Positions 9,472-18,318 of a DNA stretch of 64,000 bases are shown here, piece by piece. The position numbers were made by a program, and so were the translations under genes. Location of the stretch: the NCBI GenBank assembly GCA_017852795.1, contig JAFMKU010000001.1, positions 43,127 through 107,126 on the forward strand. The letters run 5' to 3'. The notes below the pieces were generated by a model. That model was not told the DNA's origin, did not search any database, and saw only the letters and a list, made by a program, of their open reading frames with translations. The stretch's first letter is position 1. Every line of letters starts with the position of its first letter. Origin of the DNA: Candidatus Neomicrothrix sp. Its GTDB lineage: Bacteria; Actinomycetota; Acidimicrobiia; Acidimicrobiales; Aldehydirespiratoraceae.

Positions 9472-10482
9472 ACCGCACGCCTGACCAGCGACCTTTCCCA
9501 CGACGAGCTGGTCACCCGGTTCACCGGTGGACTGGCACCAGACCCGACCGCGATCCCGGTGTTCACCGGATCGGAGCGGTTGCGAGCCGACGGTCGGCCT
9601 CGTCCCGAATTCCGCAACGAACTGCGCCGCATCCCCAACCTGATCAACGCCGGACACATCGTGGTGACGTTGTCGCTTCCGTTCCTGCTGGTGGGGCTCG
9701 TAGTCGTCTCGGCTCAGTGGAACGGCTTGCTGCATCTGGCGATGTGGGGGCTGGGATTCGTGGCGATGGGCACCTGGTTCCAACGGGTGCTGACCCTGCA
9801 CCATGAAGCGGCGCATCGGTTGTTGTTTAGCAACCGGAGGTTCAACGATCTGATCGGCGAGAAACTCATCGGGTGGCTGGCGTTCGGAGACGGTGGGTCG
9901 GCGTACCGGATCGTCCATTCACAACACCACCGGGACGAGTTCGGTGAACGCGAACCTGACTTCCTGCTCTACGCCCAGTACCCGATCCCGAAAGCGTCGC
10001 TACGAAGGAAGTTGCTGCGTGACGCCTTTGGAATCTCGGCCTACAAGAACCTTCGACCGGCGTTCGTGGGTCTGACGAAACGAGGACGGCGACGGCGAGC
10101 GGTCAGCTACCTCAGCGGCCAAGTTTTTGTGTTCGGAGTGTTTTGGATCTGCGGCCAGCCTTGGATGTACCTGTGGCTCTGGTTGCTTCCGTGGGCCACC
10201 TACTTCCGAGTTTTCAACCGCTTGCGGGCGCTGGCCGAGCACGGTGGGATGACCCGCTCCGACGATCGCCGCCTCACCACCCACAACCTGCATCAAGGGT
10301 TCTGGGCACGACACGTCTTTCTCAGCCAAGGGGTCGGGTTCCACCTCGCTCACCATGTTGACTCCGGCATCCCGATGAGCCAGCTCAAGACCCTGCACCG
10401 GGCGTTGGAAGAAGACGGCTACATCAACGAACACTTCACCCACCGGAGCTACTGGTCGTTCTTTCGGACCCTCGCCCGGTGA
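9469..10482 (+). CDS. Membrane fatty-acid desaturase family protein
   Basis: ORF 9463..10482; ATG 9469 preferred. Three His boxes (HHEAAH, HSQHH, HLAHH) separated by hydrophobic segments. Confidence 0.8.
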   Translation: MTARLTSDLSHDELVTRFTGGLAPDPTAIPVFTGSERLRADGRPRPEFRNELRRIPNLINAGHIVVTLSLPFLLVGLVVVSAQWNGLLHLAMWGLGFVAMGTWFQRVLTLHHEAAHRLLFSNRRFNDLIGEKLIGWLAFGDGGSAYRIVHSQHHRDEFGEREPDFLLYAQYPIPKASLRRKLLRDAFGISAYKNLRPAFVGLTKRGRRRRAVSYLSGQVFVFGVFWICGQPWMYLWLWLLPWATYFRVFNRLRALAEHGGMTRSDDRRLTTHNLHQGFWARHVFLSQGVGFHLAHHVDSGIPMSQLKTLHRALEEDGYINEHFTHRSYWSFFRTLAR

Positions 10483-11288
10483 ACGCGCTCTCGCCACGAA
10501 GCATCGTGGCTTCGGTGTTGCTTGGTTCGCGCCCGCCTCGGCTTCCTGGCCGGTTGCTCGTGGCGTTTGCCGAACAGTTCGGTATCCGACCAGGCACGAC
10601 CCGAACCGCGCTGTCCCGCATGGTTCAGCGGGGCGAACTGCAGCGAAACCCCGATGGCAGCTATGAGCTTCGTGGCCCGATGTTGGAACGTCACCGGCAT
10701 CAGGAATCGGTGTTGGCCCCTTATCGCCAACGCTGGGATCAGCGATGGGAGATCCGGGTTGTTCCTTCCGGGGCTCGCGCCGCTGGCGAACGCTCCGAGA
10801 TGCGTCAGCATTGCTCTCGGCTTGGCCTCTGGGAACGCCGGGACGGTATCTGGCTGCGGCCGGCGAACCTTGATCCGGACCGTCTTCCCGACATTCGGGC
10901 GGTGGTCGACGCTCGCAGCGACCTGTTCTTCGGTGAACCCGACGGCGATCCGCGAGCATTGCTTCACGAACTGGTCGATCTTGACGGTTGGGCAACCCGG
11001 AGCCGGCAGGTCATGGCTGAACTTGATGAGATGGGTGCCGGGTTCACCGAACACCGCGACCTTGTCAACGGTTTCGAACTGGCCGTCTCAGCCCTTCGCC
11101 AAGTCCTCACCGATCCGCTGCTGCCACCAGAACTGATGCCCGCAGAATGGCCAGCTGGGGCGCTGCGTCGAGCATACGACCAGTACCTATCGGCCTTTCA
11201 GGCCGGACTCCGAGCGTTCTTCCGAACCGAACGCGAACGCAGTTTGGCGCGTAGCGCCGCCGCTCCGGGACCTACAGTGACGGCATGA
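10479..11288 (+). CDS. PaaX-family transcriptional regulator
   Basis: GTGA overlap with the desaturase stop. N-terminal wHTH pattern (SIVASVLLG..PP.LPGRLLVAFAEQFGIRPGTTRTALSRMVQRGEL) and a PaaX-like C-terminal domain. Confidence 0.7.
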   Translation: MNALSPRSIVASVLLGSRPPRLPGRLLVAFAEQFGIRPGTTRTALSRMVQRGELQRNPDGSYELRGPMLERHRHQESVLAPYRQRWDQRWEIRVVPSGARAAGERSEMRQHCSRLGLWERRDGIWLRPANLDPDRLPDIRAVVDARSDLFFGEPDGDPRALLHELVDLDGWATRSRQVMAELDEMGAGFTEHRDLVNGFELAVSALRQVLTDPLLPPELMPAEWPAGALRRAYDQYLSAFQAGLRAFFRTERERSLARSAAAPGPTVTA

Positions 11289-12013
11289 CTTCAGGCCAGG
11301 ACAACGATCGCTTCTATTTTCGGCAGCTGCTCTCGGGCCGCGATTTCGCCACCACCGACCAGATCGCTCAACAGATGGTCAACTTTGTGTACGCCATCGG
11401 TGATCGGGCTACCGGCGAAGCGGTGCTGGTCGACCCGGCCTATGACGTCAACGGCCTGATCGACCAGTTGGAGGCGGACGGGATGCGCTGCACTGGGGTG
11501 CTGGCCACCCACTATCACCCGGATCACGTAGGTGGCTCGATGATGGGTTTTGAGCTGGAAGGGATCGCGGCGTTGCTCGAACGAGTTGACGTGCCGATTC
11601 ACATTCAGGCCGAAGAAGCCGATTACGTGCGGAAAACCACCGGGGTCACCGACCGGTCGCTGGTGCAGCATCGAAGCGGTGACCGAGTGTCGGTCGGTGC
11701 GGTCGACATCGAACTGATCCACACCCCCGGGCACACCCCAGGAAGCCAATGTTTTCTGGTGGATTGCCGGCTGGTTGCCGGTGACACGTTGTTTCTTGAC
11801 GGCTGCGGAAGAACCGATCTTCCCGGTTCTGACCCGGAACAGATGTACGAAAGCCTCACCACCCGCCTCGCCCGGGTTAGCGACGACACGGTGTTGTACC
11901 CCGGCCATCGCTACTCGCCGGAACCTTCAGCCACAATGGGCGCCACCCGCGACCGAAACATGGTGTTTCGCCCATCATCCAAGGAGCAATGGATGGCCCT
12001 GTTCGGCTCGTAG
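11285..12013 (+). CDS. MBL-fold metallo-hydrolase (glyoxalase II-like)
   Basis: ATGA overlap with the upstream stop. THYHPDHVGG, HTPGHTPGS, GDTLFLDGCGRTD. Confidence 0.8.
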   Translation: MTSGQDNDRFYFRQLLSGRDFATTDQIAQQMVNFVYAIGDRATGEAVLVDPAYDVNGLIDQLEADGMRCTGVLATHYHPDHVGGSMMGFELEGIAALLERVDVPIHIQAEEADYVRKTTGVTDRSLVQHRSGDRVSVGAVDIELIHTPGHTPGSQCFLVDCRLVAGDTLFLDGCGRTDLPGSDPEQMYESLTTRLARVSDDTVLYPGHRYSPEPSATMGATRDRNMVFRPSSKEQWMALFGS

Positions 12014-12023
12014 GTCAGCGGTG

Positions 12024-12671
12024 TCAGTTGGCGACTGCACCGAGGAGCGCACGGATCGATTCCTGGTCCCACGCGGGGGTAACACCGGGAGCCCGTAGGA
12101 GATGGTCAACCAGTTCCTGAAGGCTCACTCGATGAGTTTCGTACAGACCTTGGGCGATTGTGCGCAGGTAGGACGCGCTCGGTGCGGCTGGCGTTTGCTG
12201 CTCTGGGGGAGTCGGTGAAGTAAACGAAAGACAGGGCACCCCTTCCACCGGGTCAAGCACGACCAGAGTGCCGTAGGGACCAGCCCCTTGATCAACCAGC
12301 GCACCCGGGTGGAGGCTGGCCAGATCGGGAAGCTCGCTGGTTCCCGGCGCCCTGCGGTTCTCCTGATCGAAGATGTCGGCGAACTGGCCAGCGCCGATCA
12401 GATACCGCTTCCCCCAGGCCCCTCGTTCGGCTGGCCGGTGCTCGAGAAATGCCGGAGCCCCGCCCCAACTTTCGGCATGTCCGGTGAAGCAGATTTGCGA
12501 GGCAAAGACCACGGGCCCGGCATCTTGAGGCGGTGACGGGTCGCGAGCCCCCGGGTGTACATAGGTGGTGCCAGGTGCCGAACCGCCGACCAGATAGGCC
12601 GAGAAACGCGCCAGCGAACAGTTTGATCCGTAGCAGGCGTACCAGACCGGGTCGGTAAGTGACGTACCCAT
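12024..12671 (-). CDS. Hypothetical protein with gamma-glutamylcyclotransferase-like N-terminal motif
   Basis: ORF 12024..12719; start taken at ATG 12671 (MGTSLTDPVWYACYGSNCSLARF, compare the YGSN motif of GGCT/AIG2-like folds). TATCGT lies 8 nt upstream. No functional assignment. Confidence 0.55.
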   Translation of the reverse strand: MGTSLTDPVWYACYGSNCSLARFSAYLVGGSAPGTTYVHPGARDPSPPQDAGPVVFASQICFTGHAESWGGAPAFLEHRPAERGAWGKRYLIGAGQFADIFDQENRRAPGTSELPDLASLHPGALVDQGAGPYGTLVVLDPVEGVPCLSFTSPTPPEQQTPAAPSASYLRTIAQGLYETHRVSLQELVDHLLRAPGVTPAWDQESIRALLGAVAN

Positions 12672-12720
12672 GGGCGCCGACGATAGTGGCTTGACAGATT
12701 TGTCACGGCCCAAAAGCATC

Positions 12721-12748
12721 GAACCTCGACCCGGCTGGGTCGAGGTTC
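12721..12748 (-). terminator. Perfect 12-bp stem hairpin downstream of tRNA-Leu
   Basis: GAACCTCGACCC-ggct-GGGTCGAGGTTC. On the minus strand it is followed by GATGCTTTTGGG. It lies 17 nt after the tRNA-Leu 3' end. Confidence 0.45.
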
Positions 12749-12765
12749 TTCAGCCATTTCACTAG

Positions 12766-12849
12766 TGCGCGAGGAGGGACTTGAACCCTCACACCCTTAC
12801 GGGCACAGGCACCTGAAGCCTGCGCGTCTGCCAATTCCGCCACTCGCGC
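12766..12849 (-). tRNA. tRNA-Leu (anticodon CAG), long variable arm, CCA not encoded
   Basis: Reverse complement folds as acceptor GCGCGAG/CTCGCGC, anticodon stem CAGGC/GCCTG with loop TTCAGGT, a variable arm, and T arm GAGGG-TTCAAGT-CCCTC. Confidence 0.93.
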
Positions 12850-12911
12850 GTGGCGCACTTGACTAAGTGCGAAACGGATCGTATCGCATGTGAGGGCAAT
12901 TGGCGCAGGGG

Positions 12912-12926
12912 TAACCTGTTCGGGTG
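12912..12926 (+). promoter_or_regulatory. Candidate -10 for a leaderless fhaA operon transcript
   Basis: TAACCT (12912-12917), 6 nt, then GTG 12924. No SD. Confidence 0.5.
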
Positions 12927-13580
12927 GTACTCCGATCCTTTGAGCGTCGACTTGAGCAACTCGTGAACGGCGCTGTCGGGCGTCTCTTCGGTGGAGGGGT
13001 TCGCCCGGTCGAAATTGGGCATCGGATCGTTCGAGAGATGGGCGATTCGCGTTCGGTTGGGGTCAAGGGCCAACCGGTGGTGGCCAACGAATTCGATGTC
13101 GCGCTGGCCGAAGATGACCATGCTCGCTTTGCCGAAATTCGTGACTCGCTCATTCGGGAGCTTTGCGATGCCGCCCGAGAACACGCCCGTGAAGAAGGTT
13201 GGCGGTTCATGGGGCCGGTTCAGGTCACGATCACTTCGTCGCCGGGAATGCGGTCCGGCCAGATCAACGTGACGGCCCGTATGAAAGAAGGCGACGGGGC
13301 AACCGGCGTGCTGCACCTTTCCGACGGGCAGCAGGTGGTTCTCGGCGCCTACCGCTTGACTCTCGGACGTCTCGCCACCTGCACCGTGAGCTTCGACGAC
13401 ACCAACGTCAGCCGCGAACACGCAGAGATTCGTCCTGACGGCAACGGTTACCTCCTGATCGACATGGCCTCCACCAACGGAACGTCGGTCAATGGCGAAC
13501 TGATCACTCAGCGTCGGCTGGCCGACGGTGACGTGGTTTCGCTCGGGGCAACGTCGCGCTTTGAGTTTCGGGCCGGTTAG
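12924..13580 (+). CDS. fhaA: FHA-domain protein FhaA (DUF3662 N-terminus plus C-terminal FHA)
   Basis: N-terminus SFERRLEQLVNG typical of FhaA. C-terminal FHA: LGRLATCTVSFDDTNVSREHAEI...STNGTSVNG. Confidence 0.85.
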   Translation: MVLRSFERRLEQLVNGAVGRLFGGGVRPVEIGHRIVREMGDSRSVGVKGQPVVANEFDVALAEDDHARFAEIRDSLIRELCDAAREHAREEGWRFMGPVQVTITSSPGMRSGQINVTARMKEGDGATGVLHLSDGQQVVLGAYRLTLGRLATCTVSFDDTNVSREHAEIRPDGNGYLLIDMASTNGTSVNGELITQRRLADGDVVSLGATSRFEFRAG

Positions 13581-13630
13581 TAGTCGCTTGGCGTCAGGCC
13601 GAGGTCAGCGACGACCACTAGGATTGCGTC

Positions 13631-14149
13631 GTGTCTGATCCGCTGCTGCTTCTCCTTCGGCTCTGCCTGTTGGCGTTGATCTATCTGACGTTCTTTCGCG
13701 TCATTCGGGCGGTGGCGGTTGAGTTGCGGGCCGAAGGCCGAACCGCGAAGGTCGCCAGTACGTCACCGTCGACGGCTCGACCAGATCGCAACCAGCGCGC
13801 GACCGCAGCTCCATCGGCGCAGGCGCCGCCGGTCTCGGCGCAAGCGGGGGGTGTTTCGGTGGCGGTGCGGGAAGTGACCGTAACCGGCCCCGATGGGAGT
13901 TCAGGACCGAACGTGGTGGTCGGTACTGAATTGGTGGTCGGCCGGGCCGACAGTTGTGGGCTACCCATTGCCGATCCGATGGTGTCCAAGTTTCATGCCC
14001 GGCTGGTGGTCCAGGACGAGAACTGCTGGCTTGAAGACCTTGGTTCAACCAACGGCACGTTGCTCAACGGGCACCCACTGACTCAGGCTCAGCTGGTACG
14101 TCCCGGCGACCGGGTACAGGTTGGTGAACACACGTTGGAGCTGCGGTGA
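13631..14149 (+). CDS. fhaB: FHA-domain membrane protein FhaB/FipA
   Basis: N-terminal TM helix (LLLLLRLCLLALIYLTFF) and C-terminal FHA (VVGRADSCGLPIADPMVSKFHARL...STNGTLLNG). Confidence 0.8.
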   Translation: MSDPLLLLLRLCLLALIYLTFFRVIRAVAVELRAEGRTAKVASTSPSTARPDRNQRATAAPSAQAPPVSAQAGGVSVAVREVTVTGPDGSSGPNVVVGTELVVGRADSCGLPIADPMVSKFHARLVVQDENCWLEDLGSTNGTLLNGHPLTQAQLVRPGDRVQVGEHTLELR

Positions 14150-15387
14150 CGACGTTTCAGCACGGTGCGTCGTCAGACACGGGTCGGGTTCGCACGGCCA
14201 ACCAGGACGCCTTGCTGGCCGAGGATGGCCGGTTCGTGGTGGCCGACGGTATGGGTGGGCATCTCGGTGGCGAAATCGCATCACAGCTCACGGTTGACTC
14301 GATGGCTGAAGCCGCCAAACCCACCTCGCTTGATGATGTGGTGGTGATGGTTCGAGACGCCAACGACTATGTGATCGACTACGCCACCAAACATCCTGAT
14401 GTCCGAGGGATGGGAACCACCGTTTGTCTCCTGATGGCGCTCAGCACTGATGGTCCCGATCGGCTGGCCGTGGCCAACGTTGGCGACTCCCGCCTGTACC
14501 TGCGGGATCGCCGGGGGCTTCAGCGGTTGACCCGCGACCACAGCCTGGTTGAGGCGTTGGTTCGTGAAGGTCGAATCAGCGCTGACGAGGCCGCCGTTCA
14601 CCCCCAGCGCAACATTCTCACCCAGGCGCTCGGGATCGATCGCCGGGTGCAGCTCGACGTTTGGGAACTGGTCCCACGTAACGGTGACCGGTTCCTGATC
14701 TGTAGTGACGGACTGCACGGAGAACTCACCGATGCGACGATCGACGAAATCTTGAGCACCAACCCGTCACCTCAAGCGGCCGCCGACGCGCTGGTTTTGG
14801 CCGCGTGTGAAGCCGGAGGGCGTGACAACGTGACCGTGGTGGTGGTCGATGTTGCCGACTCACCCGACGACACGGTTCTTTCCGACGACACGGTTCTTCC
14901 CGACGACACGGTTGCACCCGACGATCCGGTGGTCAACGCCCGGCTCGGTGTTGTGACTCGGTCGGTGCCTCGCCCGATGGCCGCTCCGCCCCGACCAGAA
15001 CCGGTGGCATCGGTCGATTCTGGTAACGACACCAGCCCGGATGGATCTCTCCGCGGGCCGGGGGTGGTCACCTGGCGGGTGGCTGCGTTCGCGGTAGCGG
15101 TCGTGCTGGTGCTCTCCGGGTTACTGGTCGCCGTGGCGATGATTGGCCGGGGTGGATATTCGGTGGTGGTCGACGACACCGGCACGGTGGTGGTTCTGCA
15201 AGGCCCTCCCGATGGGTTTCTCTGGTTCAACCCGACGATCGAAGTGATGTCCGATATTGACATCACCGAACTGCTCCCCGCTGACCGTCAGAACGTTCGA
15301 AGTGGGCCGGATTTTGGCTCGCTGGATGAAGCCCGGGTTTACCTCGAGTATCTGACAACCCGCCTGATCAGCGAGACCGACAACTGA
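14146..15387 (+). CDS. pstP: PP2C-family Ser/Thr phosphatase PstP with C-terminal TM segment
   Basis: GTGA overlap with fhaB. SDTGRVRTANQD, VVADGMGGH, ICSDGLH, GGRDNVTVVVVD. TM: VAAFAVAVVLVLSGLLVAVAMI. Confidence 0.9.
   Translation: MTTFQHGASSDTGRVRTANQDALLAEDGRFVVADGMGGHLGGEIASQLTVDSMAEAAKPTSLDDVVVMVRDANDYVIDYATKHPDVRGMGTTVCLLMALSTDGPDRLAVANVGDSRLYLRDRRGLQRLTRDHSLVEALVREGRISADEAAVHPQRNILTQALGIDRRVQLDVWELVPRNGDRFLICSDGLHGELTDATIDEILSTNPSPQAAADALVLAACEAGGRDNVTVVVVDVADSPDDTVLSDDTVLPDDTVAPDDPVVNARLGVVTRSVPRPMAAPPRPEPVASVDSGNDTSPDGSLRGPGVVTWRVAAFAVAVVLVLSGLLVAVAMIGRGGYSVVVDDTGTVVVLQGPPDGFLWFNPTIEVMSDIDITELLPADRQNVRSGPDFGSLDEARVYLEYLTTRLISETDN
14863..14934 (+). repeat. 18-bp tandem repeat x4 inside pstP
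   Basis: cccgacgacacggttctt / tccgacgacacggttctt / cccgacgacacggttgca / cccgacgatccggtggtc. Encodes PDDTVL-SDDTVL-PDDTVA-PDDPVV in the linker between the PP2C domain and the TM helix. Confidence 0.9.
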
Positions 15388-15399
15388 GCAACGACTCCC

Positions 15400-16704
15400 G
15401 TGACCTCCGCTGACCCTCACGCTCCTAACCCGATTCTCGCTACCCGACCTCGTCGAGTTGAAGCGGGCCTGCTGGTCATGGTGCTTCTGGTGGTGGTCGT
15501 CGCTTACGGTCTGGCCAGTTTCGGTACCACCGAAGCGATCCCCACCAACTTGGGCCCGTTCCTGTTCTGGATGGTGGGTTTAGGCGCAGTCGCGCACCTC
15601 GTCACTCGCCGGTTTGCTCCGGCCGCCGATCCGGTCCTGCTGCCGTTGGCCTTGCTGCTCAACGGCATCGGTTACGTGGTGATCACCCGTCTCGACGGGG
15701 GACTCGCCGCGCTTCAGTCGACGTGGACCGCGGTGGGGGTCGCCGGGTATGTCGCCACGTTGACGTTGCTGCCTCGGGTGCGGGTGATCGTTCAATACCG
15801 CTATCTGCTTGGCTTGGCCGGGTTTGGGCTTCTCGTCATTCCGTTGGTGCCGGGGGTGGGGGCCGAGATCAACGGCGCCAGAATCTGGGCTCGTCTGGGG
15901 CCGGTCAGTTTCCAGCCGGGTGAGTTCGCCAAGTTGGCATTGGCCGCATTCTTTGCCGCCTACCTCGTTGATTCACGCGAAGTCATGCGAAACCGACTGG
16001 AGCTCAGAGACCTCGCCCCGATCGGGCTGGCGTGGGTCGGTTCGTTGGGCGTGATGGTGCTCGAACGAGACCTCGGTTCGTCGCTGCTGTTCTTTGCCTT
16101 GTTTGTGGTGGTGCTCTGGGTCGCGACCGAGCGCTGGGAGGTGCTGGCCACCGGTGGGGTGCTGTTTGTCGGTGGTGCGCTGATGGCATGGAGTCTTTTC
16201 AGTCACGTCCAGCAGCGGGTCGATATCTGGCTTGACCCGTTTGCCGACCCGAAGGGCCGTGGATTTCAGATCGTGGAAGCCTCGTTTGCGCTTGCTGACG
16301 GTGGCCTTACCGGAGTTGGACTCGGGCAGGGCTCTCCGGGGCGCATCCCCTATGCCTCCACCGACTTCATCTTCGCTGCCGTCGGTGAAGAGCTCGGCTT
16401 GGCCGGATCGGTGGCGATCCTGAGCATCTTCGTGTTGTTGGTTGGGTCGGGTCTGCGGATCGCGTTGGGAAGCGACCGCGTGTTCGAAAAGCTTTTCGCG
16501 TTGGGACTCACCACGCTGATCGGGGTTCAGGCGTTCGTGATTATCGGGGGAGTGCTCCGGGTAGTGCCCCTGACCGGGATCACCCTGCCATTCGTCAGCT
16601 ACGGCGGATCGTCGCTGGTTACCAACTATGTGCTGCTCGGTCTGTTGGTTCGGTTGTCCCATGAGCAGCGGACGGCGACTCGACGGCACGGAGAACCCGA
16701 ATGA
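15400..16704 (+). CDS. rodA: SEDS-family peptidoglycan polymerase (FtsW/RodA)
   Basis: 434 aa polytopic protein. INGARIW...FQPGEFAKL, SDFIFAAVGEELG, LPFVSYGGSS. Confidence 0.88.
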   Translation: MTSADPHAPNPILATRPRRVEAGLLVMVLLVVVVAYGLASFGTTEAIPTNLGPFLFWMVGLGAVAHLVTRRFAPAADPVLLPLALLLNGIGYVVITRLDGGLAALQSTWTAVGVAGYVATLTLLPRVRVIVQYRYLLGLAGFGLLVIPLVPGVGAEINGARIWARLGPVSFQPGEFAKLALAAFFAAYLVDSREVMRNRLELRDLAPIGLAWVGSLGVMVLERDLGSSLLFFALFVVVLWVATERWEVLATGGVLFVGGALMAWSLFSHVQQRVDIWLDPFADPKGRGFQIVEASFALADGGLTGVGLGQGSPGRIPYASTDFIFAAVGEELGLAGSVAILSIFVLLVGSGLRIALGSDRVFEKLFALGLTTLIGVQAFVIIGGVLRVVPLTGITLPFVSYGGSSLVTNYVLLGLLVRLSHEQRTATRRHGEPE

Positions 16705-18239
16705 ACCGCCGTATTCGTCAGCTCGGGGTAGTGCTCCTTGGCTTGTATCTGGTGTTGTTCGTGCAGCTCAACCGGGTGCAGTTCTTCGATGCCGAATCGT
16801 TGATCGAGAACGCCAACAACTCTCGAGGGTTAATCAGTGAATTTGGGAGAACCCGAGGTTCGATCGTGACTGCGGACGGGGTGCTAGTCGCCCATTCCGT
16901 TCCCTACGACGGTTCGGTGGATTTCCGTCGGGAATATCCGGAAGGTGAACGGTACGCCCACATCGCCGGATACCAGTCGGTGAACGTTGCCGCGACGGGT
17001 CTGGAACGTTCCTACAACGATGAACTCGCCGGCGATCTGATCGATCAGCGGTTCCTTTCGCTCGGTGACCTTTTTGTGGAACGGGACACGACGGCCAGCC
17101 TGCATCTCACGATCCTTGACCGGGTGCAGCGTGTTGCCGCCACCGAACTCGGAGATCGTAAGGGGTCGGTGGTCGCGCTCGACCCGCGCAGCGGAGAGAT
17201 CCTGGCCTTATGGACCTCTCCGAGCTTCGACCCGAACCTGCTGGCCGACCCCAACGGGTCAGCAGCAACCGGTGCTTATGAAGCGTTGCTGGCCGATGAG
17301 AATCAGCCACTGCTGGCCAAGAGCTACCGCGAAGTGTTCTTCCCCGGTTCGACATTCAAGCTGGTCACCGCGGCGGCGGGGATCGAATCGGGGATTATCT
17401 CGCCAGCGAGTCCACAGTTTCCGGACTCGTCGGGGTACACCCCGCTGCCGTCCGGTGCCACCTTGAAGAACTTTGGTGGAAGCACCTGCGGCGGTGATTT
17501 GGTCGAGATCCTCCGGGTTTCGTGCAACACGGCGTTCGCCGAGATGGGGGCCGAATGGGTAGGCCCGACGGGAATGGTGGCGGCGGCCGAGGCGTTCGGA
17601 TTCAACCGGGGGCCAGGCATTGACCTTCCGGCGGCAGCGACCTCCCGGTTCCCGACCGAATTCGGCAGAGAACTCGCCGATGTGGCGTTCTACCGGGCCC
17701 AGGACCCGGCGGTCACGTTGCCCAACGGTTCGGTGCCGATCTATGAAAACTCCGCCGCCCTAGCCCAAATGTCGATCGGGCAAAATGATGTAGCAGCGAC
17801 ACCGCTACAGATGGCGATGGTGGCCGGGGCCATCGCCAACGATGGTCGAGTCATGGAACCTCACGTCGTGAAAGAACTGCGAGCTGCCGACGGGTCGCTG
17901 TATGACACGGTGGAGCCAAAGGTGACGAGGGTGGCGATCCAGTCGTCGACCGCGGCGATCCTGCGCGATGCCATGCGTGTCGTGGTTGACCAAGGCACCG
18001 CCCGCAACCTTCAGACTCCGGGATTAGTGGTCGGGGGCAAAACCGGAACCGCCCAGTTAGGGACTAGTCCTGCGAATTCCCACGCCTGGATCGTCGGGTA
18101 CGCGGGTCGGCCGGGGGAAGAACCGTCTCTGGCCTTTGCCGTCATTGTCGAAGCTCAGGAGGGGGCCAGCGAGCAAACCGGTGGCCGAGTAGCCGCCCCA
18201 ATCGCGAGAGCAGTGATCGAAGCGGTGTTCGCACCATGA
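16701..18239 (+). CDS. pbpA: Class B penicillin-binding protein (transpeptidase) PbpA
   Basis: ATGA overlap with rodA. Active-site motifs PGSTFK, (S)CN and KTGTAQ. Confidence 0.88.
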   Translation: MNRRIRQLGVVLLGLYLVLFVQLNRVQFFDAESLIENANNSRGLISEFGRTRGSIVTADGVLVAHSVPYDGSVDFRREYPEGERYAHIAGYQSVNVAATGLERSYNDELAGDLIDQRFLSLGDLFVERDTTASLHLTILDRVQRVAATELGDRKGSVVALDPRSGEILALWTSPSFDPNLLADPNGSAATGAYEALLADENQPLLAKSYREVFFPGSTFKLVTAAAGIESGIISPASPQFPDSSGYTPLPSGATLKNFGGSTCGGDLVEILRVSCNTAFAEMGAEWVGPTGMVAAAEAFGFNRGPGIDLPAAATSRFPTEFGRELADVAFYRAQDPAVTLPNGSVPIYENSAALAQMSIGQNDVAATPLQMAMVAGAIANDGRVMEPHVVKELRAADGSLYDTVEPKVTRVAIQSSTAAILRDAMRVVVDQGTARNLQTPGLVVGGKTGTAQLGTSPANSHAWIVGYAGRPGEEPSLAFAVIVEAQEGASEQTGGRVAAPIARAVIEAVFAP

Positions 18240-18318
18240 ACCCAGTTCGGTACGCAATTCGGTCCAGTTTCTTCTGGTGCAACCACGCCACATCGGTGGC
18301 CCGTTAGACTCCGCCTCT

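Noticed and set aside
12859-12887. TTGACT-N17-TATCGC as the fhaA promoter.
   Set aside because: The -10 lacks the invariant final T. The TAACCT-N6-GTG leaderless signal at 12912 fits the pattern seen throughout the window. It might still be a secondary promoter.
12672-12923. tRNA-adjacent genomic island or integration site at tRNA-Leu (and likewise at the Glu-Asp-Phe cluster, 40483-41046).
   Set aside because: There is no integrase, no duplicated tRNA 3' fragment or att-like direct repeat, and the flanking genes are conserved core genes in conserved order.
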